Origin: Candidatus Obscuribacteraceae bacterium
GTDB lineage: Bacteria; Cyanobacteriota; Vampirovibrionia; Obscuribacterales; Obscuribacteraceae
Assembly (NCBI GenBank): GCA_044378815.1
Contig: JBIPOV010000007.1
Span: 31,259-95,258, forward strand
DNA: 64,000 nucleotides
Direction: 5' to 3'
Positions 45,366-54,467 of this stretch are shown here, piece by piece. A program made the translations under genes and the position numbers. Under the pieces are notes generated by a model. That model saw only the letters and a program-made list of their open reading frames with translations, was not told the origin of the DNA and searched no databases. Numbering within the stretch: position 1 is the first letter of the stretch; every line of letters begins with the position of its first letter.

Positions 45366-46526
45366 ATGAATTCAGTATTTCTATCGCCGAATTTTCCTCC
45401 CAACTTCGCTAACTTTGCTGTACAGCTAAAGCAAGCTGGAGCCTGCGTTTTAGGTCTTGGTGATGATCATTATGATGATCTCAGTGGCGATGTGCGACGC
45501 AGTTTGACCGATTATTATCGTGTTTCAAGTATGCATAACTATGACGAACTGGTGCGGGCCATGGGCTACTTTACCCATCGCTACGGCAAGATGGACCACC
45601 TCGATTCACACAACGAATATTGGCTTGAAACCGAAGCTCGCCTGAGAACCGATTTCAATATTGAAGGCATTGACGTTCATCAAATAGGCAAAATTAAACG
45701 TAAGTCTGAGATGAAGGAAGTGTTCTTAAAAGCCGGGCTTGAACCTGCCCGTGGGCGTGTTTGCAATAGCAGAGAAGAGCTAGTTGCTCTCATAAAAGAG
45801 GTGGGTTATCCCGTTGTTGCTAAGCCAAACATTGGTGTTGGTGCGGCTAAAACCTTCAAAATTTGTTCTGAGTCTGAAATAGATAATTATCTGACCGAAA
45901 AATTGCCAGAAGAATACATCGTAGAAGAATATTGTGAAGGCCGAATTGTTACTTATGATGGGCTTGTAGACGGCAATGGCGAGGTGGTTTTTTCATCATC
46001 GCTGCGCTACAGTCGTGGGGTGATGGAAGTTGTTAATGAAGATTCTGATATCTACTATCATACTGTGCGCGAAATTGAACCAGAGCTAGAAGCTGCTGGT
46101 ATTGCCACTCTTAAGGCTTTTGATATGCGCAAACGTTTCTACCATCTTGAATTCTTCATGAAAGAAGATGGCTCCATTACGCCTTTGGAGGTCAATATTC
46201 GCCCGCCAGGCGGCTTGACTCTTAATATGATGAATTATACCTTTGATGCCGACTGCTACCGCACTTGGGCCAATTTGATTGTCAACGGTGTCTCTGAGCC
46301 GTTGGGCGAGCGCAGCCATCTTGTATTTTACGTTGGTCGCAAAGATCGCATTCCATATCAAATGACACACCAACAAGTTTTGGAAAAGTGTTCGGGCGTG
46401 ATGATGCATCATGAAAGATTGAATGATGTTTTCTCTGGTGCACTAGGTAATTATGGCTATCTCTTGCGCCATGAAGAGATTGAGCCTTTGCTCGAAGCTA
46501 CTGAGCTGATTCAGCGACGGGGCTAA
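45366..46526 (+). CDS. ATP-grasp domain protein.
   Basis: It has KRKSEMKEVFLKAGL...GYPVVAKPNIGVGAAKT...YIVEEY..G.IVTYDGL...HLEFF...PLEVNIRPPGG. It is divergent from the esterase gene. Confidence 0.75.
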   Translation: MNSVFLSPNFPPNFANFAVQLKQAGACVLGLGDDHYDDLSGDVRRSLTDYYRVSSMHNYDELVRAMGYFTHRYGKMDHLDSHNEYWLETEARLRTDFNIEGIDVHQIGKIKRKSEMKEVFLKAGLEPARGRVCNSREELVALIKEVGYPVVAKPNIGVGAAKTFKICSESEIDNYLTEKLPEEYIVEEYCEGRIVTYDGLVDGNGEVVFSSSLRYSRGVMEVVNEDSDIYYHTVREIEPELEAAGIATLKAFDMRKRFYHLEFFMKEDGSITPLEVNIRPPGGLTLNMMNYTFDADCYRTWANLIVNGVSEPLGERSHLVFYVGRKDRIPYQMTHQQVLEKCSGVMMHHERLNDVFSGALGNYGYLLRHEEIEPLLEATELIQRRG

Positions 46527-46941
46527 AGGCGCACTTGTGCTAGCTGCGTTAGGTTTGTGGTCGGATGACAAGGTTAACCGCCTCACAGGTCTGGCTGCTT
46601 AATTGATTGTCAAGCACCGGGATCGCTTGAGCTGAAGGGGCCTTGCTGCTTGTTTACAAGCCTTGATTAACCAGGTCCAATACGTGTTTCCTGAACATTG
46701 GGCCTGACATGTCTTAAGGTCAGGAGCCTCTTTAACCAACTTTTCAACAAACCTAAAAACACAGAAACCAAGCAATCCCAACTCATTCCAGATAAAAGCA
46801 GCGCTGATGTTGTCTTTTGTTGGAACTCGCACTTTGTTGTGTGCTTGCTGAGTCGAGACTTGATTGGTTTTCTGATGATTTGTTTGTGGACTGGTTCGGT
46901 TTTGTGTAGAGGAAAACCCCATCAACCCGAGAAGAGAACTC

Positions 46942-48075
46942 ATGAACACACCCTCCACGACCCCCGCTCAGAAGTCCAATGTCACCATTGGCTTCGGTCT
47001 GTCTCTCCTGAAGCAGGAAGCAGCTGCCTCCACTGGCAAGAACGTTCTCGTGTCGCCGGCATCTGTTGCCATCGCCCTGGCTATGACCCTCAATGGTGCC
47101 AAGGAAGCCACTCTCGCGGCCATGAAGGCTACCCTGGGCTACTCCGAAACGGAGAGCGTCGAAGCCATCAACGCCAGTCTCGCTGCCATCATTGCCGGTG
47201 TCACCGACCCGAACATCGGCGTCGTGCTCAAGGTTGCCAACGCCATCTGGGCCGAGAAGAACATCGAATTCAAGACCGACTTCTTCGACCGTGCGGCCGA
47301 CAGCTACAAGGCCCAGGTCAACACCGCCGACTTCCTCGACCCGCAGACCGTCACCGACATCAACGGCTGGGCCGAACTCAACACCAACGGCAAGATTCCC
47401 ACCATCATCGAGGAGATCTCTCCCGACATGGTCATGTATCTGCTCAACGCCGTCTACTTCAAGGGCCCCTGGACCACGAAGTTCGACAAGTCGCTGACCA
47501 GCACCGGCACCTTTGCTGGCGAAGCTGGCGCCGAGGACGCGGACATGATGTTCCGCAATGGCGACATGCGCTATTCGCAGGGCTCGAACTACTCGGCCGT
47601 GGCCCTGCCCTTCGGCGAGAACAAGCGCGTTCAGCTCTATGTTCTGCTGCCCAACCAGGGTGTCGACATCAACACCTTCGTCGCCGGCCTGGACGCCTCG
47701 GTGCTCGCAACCATCAAGGCCACCACCTGGGAGAGCGAAGTCGACCTCACCCTGCCGCGCTTCGAGCTCGACTACGACGTCGACCTCAAGGACTCGCTCT
47801 GCGCCCTCGGCATGGAACCGGCCTGCCTGCCTGGCGCCGACTTCACCGGCATGGCCGATGAAGCCCTGGTGATCAGCACCGTCAAGCACAAGACCTATGC
47901 CAAGTTCGACGAAGACGGCGGCGAGGCTGCTGCTGTCACCGCCGTTGGCATGGCGCTCGAGTGCATGTCCTACACGCGCCAGATGCGCGTCGATCGCCCC
48001 TTCGTCGCCATCCTGATGGACGAAGGCACTGACACCCTGCTCTTCGCTGGCAAGATCGCCTCGACGAAGAAGTAA
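46942..48075 (+). CDS. Serpin (serine protease inhibitor).
   Basis: It has LLNAVYFKGPWTTKFDK and the hinge/RCL region FDEDGGEAAAVTAVGMALECMSYTRQMRVDRPFVAILMD. No signal peptide is evident. The codon usage is GC-rich. Confidence 0.9.
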   Translation: MNTPSTTPAQKSNVTIGFGLSLLKQEAAASTGKNVLVSPASVAIALAMTLNGAKEATLAAMKATLGYSETESVEAINASLAAIIAGVTDPNIGVVLKVANAIWAEKNIEFKTDFFDRAADSYKAQVNTADFLDPQTVTDINGWAELNTNGKIPTIIEEISPDMVMYLLNAVYFKGPWTTKFDKSLTSTGTFAGEAGAEDADMMFRNGDMRYSQGSNYSAVALPFGENKRVQLYVLLPNQGVDINTFVAGLDASVLATIKATTWESEVDLTLPRFELDYDVDLKDSLCALGMEPACLPGADFTGMADEALVISTVKHKTYAKFDEDGGEAAAVTAVGMALECMSYTRQMRVDRPFVAILMDEGTDTLLFAGKIASTKK

Positions 48076-48123
48076 GGCTTCACGCCTAAAGGTTAACGCC
48101 TAAAGTTAACGCCTCTGCTCTAA

Positions 48124-48153
48124 AGGGCTGCTCGGATATTTTTCCGGGCAGCC
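48124..48153 (+). terminator. Hairpin downstream of the serpin gene (11-bp stem with one mismatch, 8-nt loop).
   Basis: gggctgctcgg / atattttt / ccgggcagccc. No T-run follows, so this is tentative. Confidence 0.35.
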
Positions 48154-48275
48154 CACATGGCTCTGGCAAGTTTTTTACTCGCACTTGCTACTGCGTGAGG
48201 TAGTAGTAATTATGTCACATCCCAGTGGTACTTATTGGCTCTCAAAGAGCTTTTTGCTCCTGCCGTATTGCGCTG

Positions 48276-48318
48276 CCAAGCTTGTCTCATTTTCACTAGA
48301 AAAATGAGACAAGCTTGG
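48276..48318. repeat. Perfect 18-bp inverted repeat (hairpin, 7-nt loop) between convergent genes.
   Basis: ccaagcttgtctcatttt / cactaga / aaaatgagacaagcttgg. It lies between the serpin gene (+) and the TPR gene (-). Confidence 0.85.
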
Positions 48319-48381
48319 AGAAGGTAGAGTGATTGGAGGCTGACTCTATCGCTTTGGATTGCTGTCTTTTGCTGCCAGCAT

Positions 48382-49320
48382 TTAATACTGCGATTTGTCT
48401 TCTATACTGGCCTTTTTTAGATCCTCAGCTGCTTCTTTGGGCTTACCGATCAGCTTGTAAAGCGCTGCCCGTTCTTTGTAGCAGCGTGCCGTCGGCTCTA
48501 ATTTAATCGCCTTGGTGTAGTCGTCGATGGCCTCTTTGTAGTGCTTTGCTAGCCCCAGCATGCGGCCTCTTGTCTGGTAGGCTTCTGAGTCTACAGCGTT
48601 GATTTTGATCAGCTGTGTAAGCTCTCCTGCGGCCTTGTCGTATTGATGTTGTTGTTCAAAGCAATAAACTATGCGGTAAATAGTCCAATCTCTAAATTGC
48701 TTTTTCAGAGCGGCGCGATAAGCGGCAATGGCATCGTCATAGCGATTTAGGTTCACTAGTACTGAGCCTTTCAGTTCCAACATCTCAGCTTCTGGAGCAT
48801 ATTTATCTGAATATATAGTGATGTCGCTTAGTGCCTCTTTATGCTTGCCCAGGGCTTCGTAAGCAAGACAACGCTGAAGGTAAGCTTTCGTATCTGGATC
48901 TTTTACTGTTAGCGCTTTGGTGCTAGAGGCGATTGCCTGTGCGGGTTTGTTTTGTAAATTGTATAGTTGGGCCTGAAGTTTATAGGCATTGCCCCACTCA
49001 GGATTGAGTTTGATAGCGCGTTTGGTGAGCTTCTCGCATTCAGCTATGTGATCATCCGTGATAGTACTTTCTTCTGCCAAATAGGTCCAGGCGAGCAGGC
49101 ACAGGGCTTGAACTGAGGCGTTGGGGAGATTACACAGTCTGACAAGTATCTTTTGTGCCTCAGCAATATGTTTTTGATTCGTCAGTTGTTGTGCTTGCTT
49201 GAATAAGAGTTCTTCTTGATTGGCTGCAGTCGCCGGTATAAGCGTGGTTGGAGCGGTCAAAGCCAACGCAGTAGCCGAGTAAAGTAGAGTGTTTTGGAGC
49301 TTTCTTTGTCTTCCGTTCAT
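48382..49320 (-). CDS. Secreted TPR-repeat protein.
   Basis: Signal-like N-terminus (LLYSATALALTAPTTLIPATAA). Multiple 34-aa TPR units follow (e.g. AYKLQAQLYNLQNKPAQAIASSTKAL, AYQTRGRMLGLAKHYKEAIDDYTKAIKLEP). Confidence 0.8.
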   Translation of the reverse strand: MNGRQRKLQNTLLYSATALALTAPTTLIPATAANQEELLFKQAQQLTNQKHIAEAQKILVRLCNLPNASVQALCLLAWTYLAEESTITDDHIAECEKLTKRAIKLNPEWGNAYKLQAQLYNLQNKPAQAIASSTKALTVKDPDTKAYLQRCLAYEALGKHKEALSDITIYSDKYAPEAEMLELKGSVLVNLNRYDDAIAAYRAALKKQFRDWTIYRIVYCFEQQHQYDKAAGELTQLIKINAVDSEAYQTRGRMLGLAKHYKEAIDDYTKAIKLEPTARCYKERAALYKLIGKPKEAAEDLKKASIEDKSQY

Positions 49321-49327
49321 TGCTGTT

Positions 49328-50605
49328 TTAATTCCATTCTTCGTATCGTTTTATTTTGGTGCGCAGAAGGTTTTCTACGAATATTTCTTTTGACTGGCTA
49401 TCTAATGAGCTTTTCGGAACAATGACGTTGACATTTAAAGATCGGCAAATGTAGTGGTCTTTTGTGGCAAAGCAATTGAGGAAGTTGGCCCATGGATTAG
49501 CGATTAGATTTCTGCGAGAACGCACGGTGAGTTTATCATCCGAGAATGTTATAAAAACAGGCAAGTCTAACTCTACTAGTTTGCGCAGTCCGTCAACTCT
49601 TTCTTTGAATATGCAGAGGGCGTGTATAAAGAATATTGGTATTATTAGCGGTGCGCACCTGGATATTGCAGTGTTGACTTCACTTCCTGCTGCTTCTCCC
49701 AAAATACATAAAATAAGAAATGAACAGAAATAGCCAAACAGTATGAAGCCTATGTAGCGTATGCCAAGAAAGGCAAGACTGTACTTAGGGAAGAGCTTTT
49801 TCTCCAGGTTTGTTAGCTCTTGCAGTGAATAGTTGCATTCTATTGTGAGAGCCTTTGCGCTCGGCTGCCATTCTTTTGATTCTGGGATTTTCGCGAGCCT
49901 TGCTGATTCTTGTTCGAGCTTGTTCCGTTCTAGGTTTTTGAGTTTGGGTGCACCAGCGAAGACAATATCTGCTTCCTGCGGGCCCAGTTTGGAGTAAGCC
50001 ACTCCGCTATCAATAATCAATTTGCGAACTTTGTTTAATTGCTCAGCGGAAGCGAAACATCTTTTGGGTAGGGGGATGATTGTCTTGTCAGAATAGAGTG
50101 TCAGTGATTGCGCTAGCTCATAACAGGCGCTTGTTTCACTCCAGGGCGAAAGCATTGTTATGTAGGCCGTCGAAAACTCAAAACCGGCTGAACTAAGTGT
50201 GTATGTGACGGGTGATCGGTAGCGCCGTTCACGGGCGAAGGTATTAAGTTGCGTCGCCTTTATCAGTTGCCATAACCAGCAGGCAAACAGAGGCGGAATC
50301 AATAGCACTGCTAGAAATAACGAAACCTTGATCCACGATTGATACGGACCTTCTGGTAGTGGAGAGTCTGTGAATATGCCTAAATAGCGAAGTACTATAA
50401 TGGCTGTAACTAGTAATGCTATGCAAAAAGCTGCAATTACGAGGTTATTGGCGCTTTCTTTCTTGTAAACCAACCAGCTGGCATTGTTTACTTCAGAGTC
50501 TTGGTAGTTAACTACTATAACGTAGGGCTCATCTAGCCAGTAGGCAGAAGCATAGTCGTTGTTGGTGTTTTCATACTCGCTCATTGCCGCTGAAGCGCTA
50601 AACAA
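49328..50605 (-). CDS. Multi-pass membrane protein, hypothetical.
   Basis: The 425-aa ORF has several hydrophobic segments. It overlaps the upstream gene by 8 nt and is 7 nt from the downstream TPR gene. Confidence 0.6.
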   Translation of the reverse strand: MFSASAAMSEYENTNNDYASAYWLDEPYVIVVNYQDSEVNNASWLVYKKESANNLVIAAFCIALLVTAIIVLRYLGIFTDSPLPEGPYQSWIKVSLFLAVLLIPPLFACWLWQLIKATQLNTFARERRYRSPVTYTLSSAGFEFSTAYITMLSPWSETSACYELAQSLTLYSDKTIIPLPKRCFASAEQLNKVRKLIIDSGVAYSKLGPQEADIVFAGAPKLKNLERNKLEQESARLAKIPESKEWQPSAKALTIECNYSLQELTNLEKKLFPKYSLAFLGIRYIGFILFGYFCSFLILCILGEAAGSEVNTAISRCAPLIIPIFFIHALCIFKERVDGLRKLVELDLPVFITFSDDKLTVRSRRNLIANPWANFLNCFATKDHYICRSLNVNVIVPKSSLDSQSKEIFVENLLRTKIKRYEEWN

Positions 50606-52484
50606 GCAGATCTTTAAAGAATATCATTTGTTCGCCACGGTCGCGAGCGCAGTGCATGCTCATTTCTGCAGCGCCAAGCAATGAGTTTATGTCGGTAAAG
50701 TCTTCAGGAATGCTGGCTGAGCCGAAAGCGTACGAAAGTTGCTTGCCCTCGGTACCGACTAGTGGTTTTTCCATAAGCGTCTTGATGATTTTCTGGGCAA
50801 AAACCTTTGTGCCACTAGATTTGGTGCTAGGGAGAAGAATGCCGAAATCGTAAGCTTCATAGTGAGCCACGATATCGGTATGACGTTTCTTGCTGTTGAT
50901 GCGAATTGTAGCGTCGGCAATGGCGTCTATCGGTATGGGTTTGCGTCGCACTACTCCGTCTACAGTTACTACTTCGCGGATCTCGAAAATAATTACCGAC
51001 ATTGAGCCTTTGGCCCGATAGATGCGGAAAAATTCTTCTTCTAAGAAGTAGAGGAAGGCTGGGTGAATGAAAAGACCAGTGTCTTCTCGGCGCAGACTCA
51101 TCATTACTGACTGAATAGCTGCACCATCTATGTTCTTTGGCTTTACAATTGGCTTGGTGGGTGGTCCTAGTTTGGCCGGTTGGGCTAGCGGTGTGCTTGG
51201 TGCTGGCTTAGCCGGTGGTGCGGTTTGGGCAGGCGGTGAGCTTGGTGCTGGTTTCGCCGGTTGGGCCGGTTGAGCCATCGGCTGCAATAGTGCTTGTTCT
51301 CGCGTTTGGTGCGCAGTGGAAACTGGTGGGAGTGGCGGTGCTGCCCTTTCTGGCTGCGTCGATTTAACTGGCTCTTTGTTGACGAAAGTAATGATGTCGC
51401 AGGCAATCAGGTGGTGAATTGACCTGACCAGTAGCGGCCGTGGCAGAATTTGTACATTTTCCAAATCTGACATGGTGCTGTCACCATCAAGACGTAGATA
51501 GAGAGCGGCGAGGGCTTCCATGTCGACTGGCGCATCAGGGGTGGCTTTGGCTGAAAATTCTTCGCCAGTTAGAGCTATATGAGCGTGCTTGAAGACGGAA
51601 TCAGCAGTCATGCCGCGACTTGTCAGTTCTTCTAGAACCTGGGCCAGGGGCCGGACATGCTCAAGTAGAATTTCTGATGATTTGACCAAATTGCGGGTGC
51701 TTGTGGTGGCACCTACTTTGAAGGTGTAGTTGGCGGCAGTCCAGTACATGATTTCAGCAAAGGCGCCGTCACCCGCAAGTTCGCCTTCAGTGTCGAGCAG
51801 TTTCGCTTCAATTGGGTGGCCTTCTTGAATGAAAAGACTGGCTGTATTGCCTTCTTCTTCCAGCTGTAAAAGACCTGTCATTTTCTCATTGCTAATGAGC
51901 TGCAGTAGTCTTGGCAGCGATATTTCCGCTATTTTTCCAATTAGTGGAAATGCTAACTGTCTTGTCCGTGGTGGCGCTGTTATATTTACCGTCGGACTAG
52001 TTCCAGTTGTTGCATTGGCTGTTGTATTTGTAGATTGACCTGGCTGGTTCGGAGATTGTTTCTGGGAGCCCTGGGATGATTGTTGCCCCACTGAGGCGCT
52101 GAGGGACATATTGGCTTTTGTTAGGGCCGGGTGGTTGTCGCTTGACTTGGCCAATCGGGTAGAAGTCTCAAGTTCTTCAGCTTTTGATATGACTTCCTGG
52201 GCATTAGCTGAGGCTGTAGCAATCTGCTTGTATATCAAGAGCACGTCGTGACCGCTAATTTGCGAGACAACGCTACGTTTGCCGCTTTTCTCGCAAATCA
52301 AAAGCCAGCGAGGGTCTCTGTCTTTTAGCGAGCAGATTACTTCAAGGGTAAAGAGCAGTGTTTCGTTGTTGCGCCAGGTGGCGATAAGCTTCTCGCCAGG
52401 CTTCTGGAGAGACTGTGACAGCATCTGGTGAAGAACAGGAATGTCCGGCACATTTTTTAGGGTAATGCCGGTTTTCTTGATCAT
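50598..52484 (-). CDS. DUF4388-like domain, Pro/Ala-rich linker and a degenerate GGDEF domain that retains the I-site.
   Basis: The ATG (CAT 52482-52484) is preceded by gggggag. The DUF4388-like segment is LPRLLQLISNEKMTGLLQLEEEGNTASLFIQEGHPIEA. In the C-terminus, KKRHTDIVAHYEAYDFGILLP aligns to RxxD-x5-GGDEF..LP with the motif replaced by EAYDF. Confidence 0.65.
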   Translation of the reverse strand: MIKKTGITLKNVPDIPVLHQMLSQSLQKPGEKLIATWRNNETLLFTLEVICSLKDRDPRWLLICEKSGKRSVVSQISGHDVLLIYKQIATASANAQEVISKAEELETSTRLAKSSDNHPALTKANMSLSASVGQQSSQGSQKQSPNQPGQSTNTTANATTGTSPTVNITAPPRTRQLAFPLIGKIAEISLPRLLQLISNEKMTGLLQLEEEGNTASLFIQEGHPIEAKLLDTEGELAGDGAFAEIMYWTAANYTFKVGATTSTRNLVKSSEILLEHVRPLAQVLEELTSRGMTADSVFKHAHIALTGEEFSAKATPDAPVDMEALAALYLRLDGDSTMSDLENVQILPRPLLVRSIHHLIACDIITFVNKEPVKSTQPERAAPPLPPVSTAHQTREQALLQPMAQPAQPAKPAPSSPPAQTAPPAKPAPSTPLAQPAKLGPPTKPIVKPKNIDGAAIQSVMMSLRREDTGLFIHPAFLYFLEEEFFRIYRAKGSMSVIIFEIREVVTVDGVVRRKPIPIDAIADATIRINSKKRHTDIVAHYEAYDFGILLPSTKSSGTKVFAQKIIKTLMEKPLVGTEGKQLSYAFGSASIPEDFTDINSLLGAAEMSMHCARDRGEQMIFFKDLLV

Positions 52485-52586
52485 AGCTCCCCCTTGTTCC
52501 ACTTAGTTTATGCCATCTCTCGGCGGCTTCGGCAAGTGGTTGTAAAGGTTGAGGCTCAATGGTTACAGCTGATTGGCTGATAACTT

Positions 52587-53348
52587 TTACTGAACTTCAG
52601 TCCATTTTATCGGTTCGGCGCCCTCTGGCTCGGCACTGGTTTCGTCTGCGCGGCTGAATTGGTCTGTGTTGACGGTGGTTGCCGGCTTGTCTTTTGTTAC
52701 TTTCATGGCAATGGCTGGACGCAGGGCCGGGACTGCTTCTAGTTTTGCTTCTGTTTTTGTCTCTGGTTTTGCCGCAATTTTAACTGTTGCCGGCTTTTCA
52801 GCCACGATCTTCTCGGGCAAGATCTTTTCTGTAGCAAGTTTTGCTACTGCGGTCTTCTCAGGCACAGCCTTCTCCGCCACAGTCTTGGCCAGTTCGACTT
52901 TGCCTGCACCAGTTTTTGGTTTTGGCACAACCGTGCAGCCAACTTTGCAGGTACCGGCTCTAATCATGTCTAGCTCGGCGGCCGCGCTATGGGAGAGGTC
53001 AATTACTTTGCTTTTAGTGAAAGGTCCGCGATCGTTGATTACTACGATACAACTGCGGCCGTTGCAGTGATTTTTTACGTGAACATGGGTGCCAAATGGC
53101 AGGGTGCGGTGGGCAGCAGTAAAGAGATGTTTTTCTAAGACCTGCCCTGAAGCTGTCTTCTTGCCATACAAAGAATGGTGGTAGTAGTCAGCCATGCCCA
53201 TAAAATCATGGCCAGTTTTGTCCTTTGCAGCGGCCTTAGACGAATCTTCAAGGGCAAAGGCTGGTTCTATAAACCATAGCGTGTTGCCAGATAAGGCGCT
53301 GACCATGGCGGTAAAGAGAGCGAAACTAGCTACTAATACTGGACGCAT
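52587..53348 (-). CDS. rlpA: RlpA-like lipoprotein (DPBB domain) with a Lys/Ala/Glu/Pro repeat tail.
   Basis: It has a signal peptide, then YYHHSLYGKKTASGQVLEKHLFTAAHRTLPFGTHVHVKN..NGRSCIVVINDRGPF...IDLSHSAAAEL. Confidence 0.8.
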   Translation of the reverse strand: MRPVLVASFALFTAMVSALSGNTLWFIEPAFALEDSSKAAAKDKTGHDFMGMADYYHHSLYGKKTASGQVLEKHLFTAAHRTLPFGTHVHVKNHCNGRSCIVVINDRGPFTKSKVIDLSHSAAAELDMIRAGTCKVGCTVVPKPKTGAGKVELAKTVAEKAVPEKTAVAKLATEKILPEKIVAEKPATVKIAAKPETKTEAKLEAVPALRPAIAMKVTKDKPATTVNTDQFSRADETSAEPEGAEPIKWTEVQ

Positions 53349-53473
53349 CAGCTAACTCCGTTGGGGAAGAAGCATTGTCGGGCTATCTTGACATATCTAC
53401 CTTAAGCGATTCCAATAATCCTGGCTGTCCGGTTACAATAAATCGTTCCCCGTCATTGATGATTCGCATAGTT

Positions 53474-53911
53474 ATGTCTGAAGCCCCCAGTAAATCCGAA
53501 ATTAGAGACAGTGTCATCTATTACACTTGTCAGCGTCGTTGCTATGGCGTAACTGGCCAGTCTGGCATTTGTTGCACCTTAGGCAATAGAGATTGGATTA
53601 TGGGTCCCATAACTGATGCCAAAGAATTTCTACAAAGGCTCAATGTGCGCTTTGGAAAAAAATATAAATATGACGACGTCTTTATTGAGTTCGAGGAAGG
53701 TCGTCGCCTGTTTCCTGAACGTTCATGCTGGCAGAACCCGGATCACTTTCCCGCACTTCGAGTCGTACTTGACCCTGAAGAATCCTATCCTTGCCAGTTT
53801 CTTGAGAATCACCAGTGCACTATTCAAGATATTAAGCCAAAAATTTGTGCTGACTACCTGTGTGATCACCTCAAGCATGTGATTTCTACAGTTACTGGTG
53901 AGAGCCCTTAG
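53474..53911 (+). CDS. YkgJ/UPF0153-type Cys-cluster (CxxCxxCC) protein.
   Basis: The ATG at 53474 gives MSEAPSKSE.... It has YTCQRRCYG...GICCT and PCQFLENHQCTIQDIKPKICADYLC. Confidence 0.6.
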   Translation: MSEAPSKSEIRDSVIYYTCQRRCYGVTGQSGICCTLGNRDWIMGPITDAKEFLQRLNVRFGKKYKYDDVFIEFEEGRRLFPERSCWQNPDHFPALRVVLDPEESYPCQFLENHQCTIQDIKPKICADYLCDHLKHVISTVTGESP

Positions 53912-54176
53912 TCACAATACTTACCGTTTATATAGAATTGGTTTTCTTGATCACAAGTTCAGTACTTCTATCGAATAAAACATTGTGGTGCGGTCGGTAT
54001 TGGTAACGCATCATTGCTGATAGAGAAGTTGTAGTAAAGGACTGCTGACTTTATTCAAAGCTTGATGCATGATTTTTGCGTGCTTTCTTTTTAAAGATGG
54101 CACTATCTGTAGTGTCGTTGATCTTTTGCTGCTTTTCTGGCCGCCCGGTTCGCAATTCGAAATATTGGGGGCAAAA

Positions 54177-54467
54177 ATGTTATCGTTTAAGGCTCTAGGC
54201 CTAGCTTTGGCGCGCCCATTCGGAGGTAGTGCGCAGTCGCCATTGTGCTTGTATCTCAGTGCATTGATTGTGATGGTGCTGTTTTTGCTTAGTGCTATTC
54301 TCGCCGTGTTGGCCGAGCCCCTGGCAGGTAAGCTTGATAGTGCACACGATGGTAATCCCAGAATCACATTAGTCTCTAACGCTATGGTTATTTGTAGTTT
54401 GAGTGGCCTGCTATACTCAAACTATTGGTTCAACGAGTGGTTCGCCTATGCCAAGGAGTCTTGCTGA
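54177..54467 (+). CDS. Possible small membrane protein (96 aa).
   Basis: The ATG at 54177 follows ggggg. It has one clear hydrophobic segment (LCLYLSALIVMVLFLLSAILAVLA) and overlaps the LRR gene start by 20 nt. Support is weak. Confidence 0.3.
   Translation: MLSFKALGLALARPFGGSAQSPLCLYLSALIVMVLFLLSAILAVLAEPLAGKLDSAHDGNPRITLVSNAMVICSLSGLLYSNYWFNEWFAYAKESC

Noticed and set aside
44456-46526. The divergent esterase / ATP-grasp pair, considered as a possible novel ligase system.
   Set aside because: Both proteins look like ordinary family members. I recall this pairing as fairly common, and nothing in the sequence points to an unusual substrate or an extra component.
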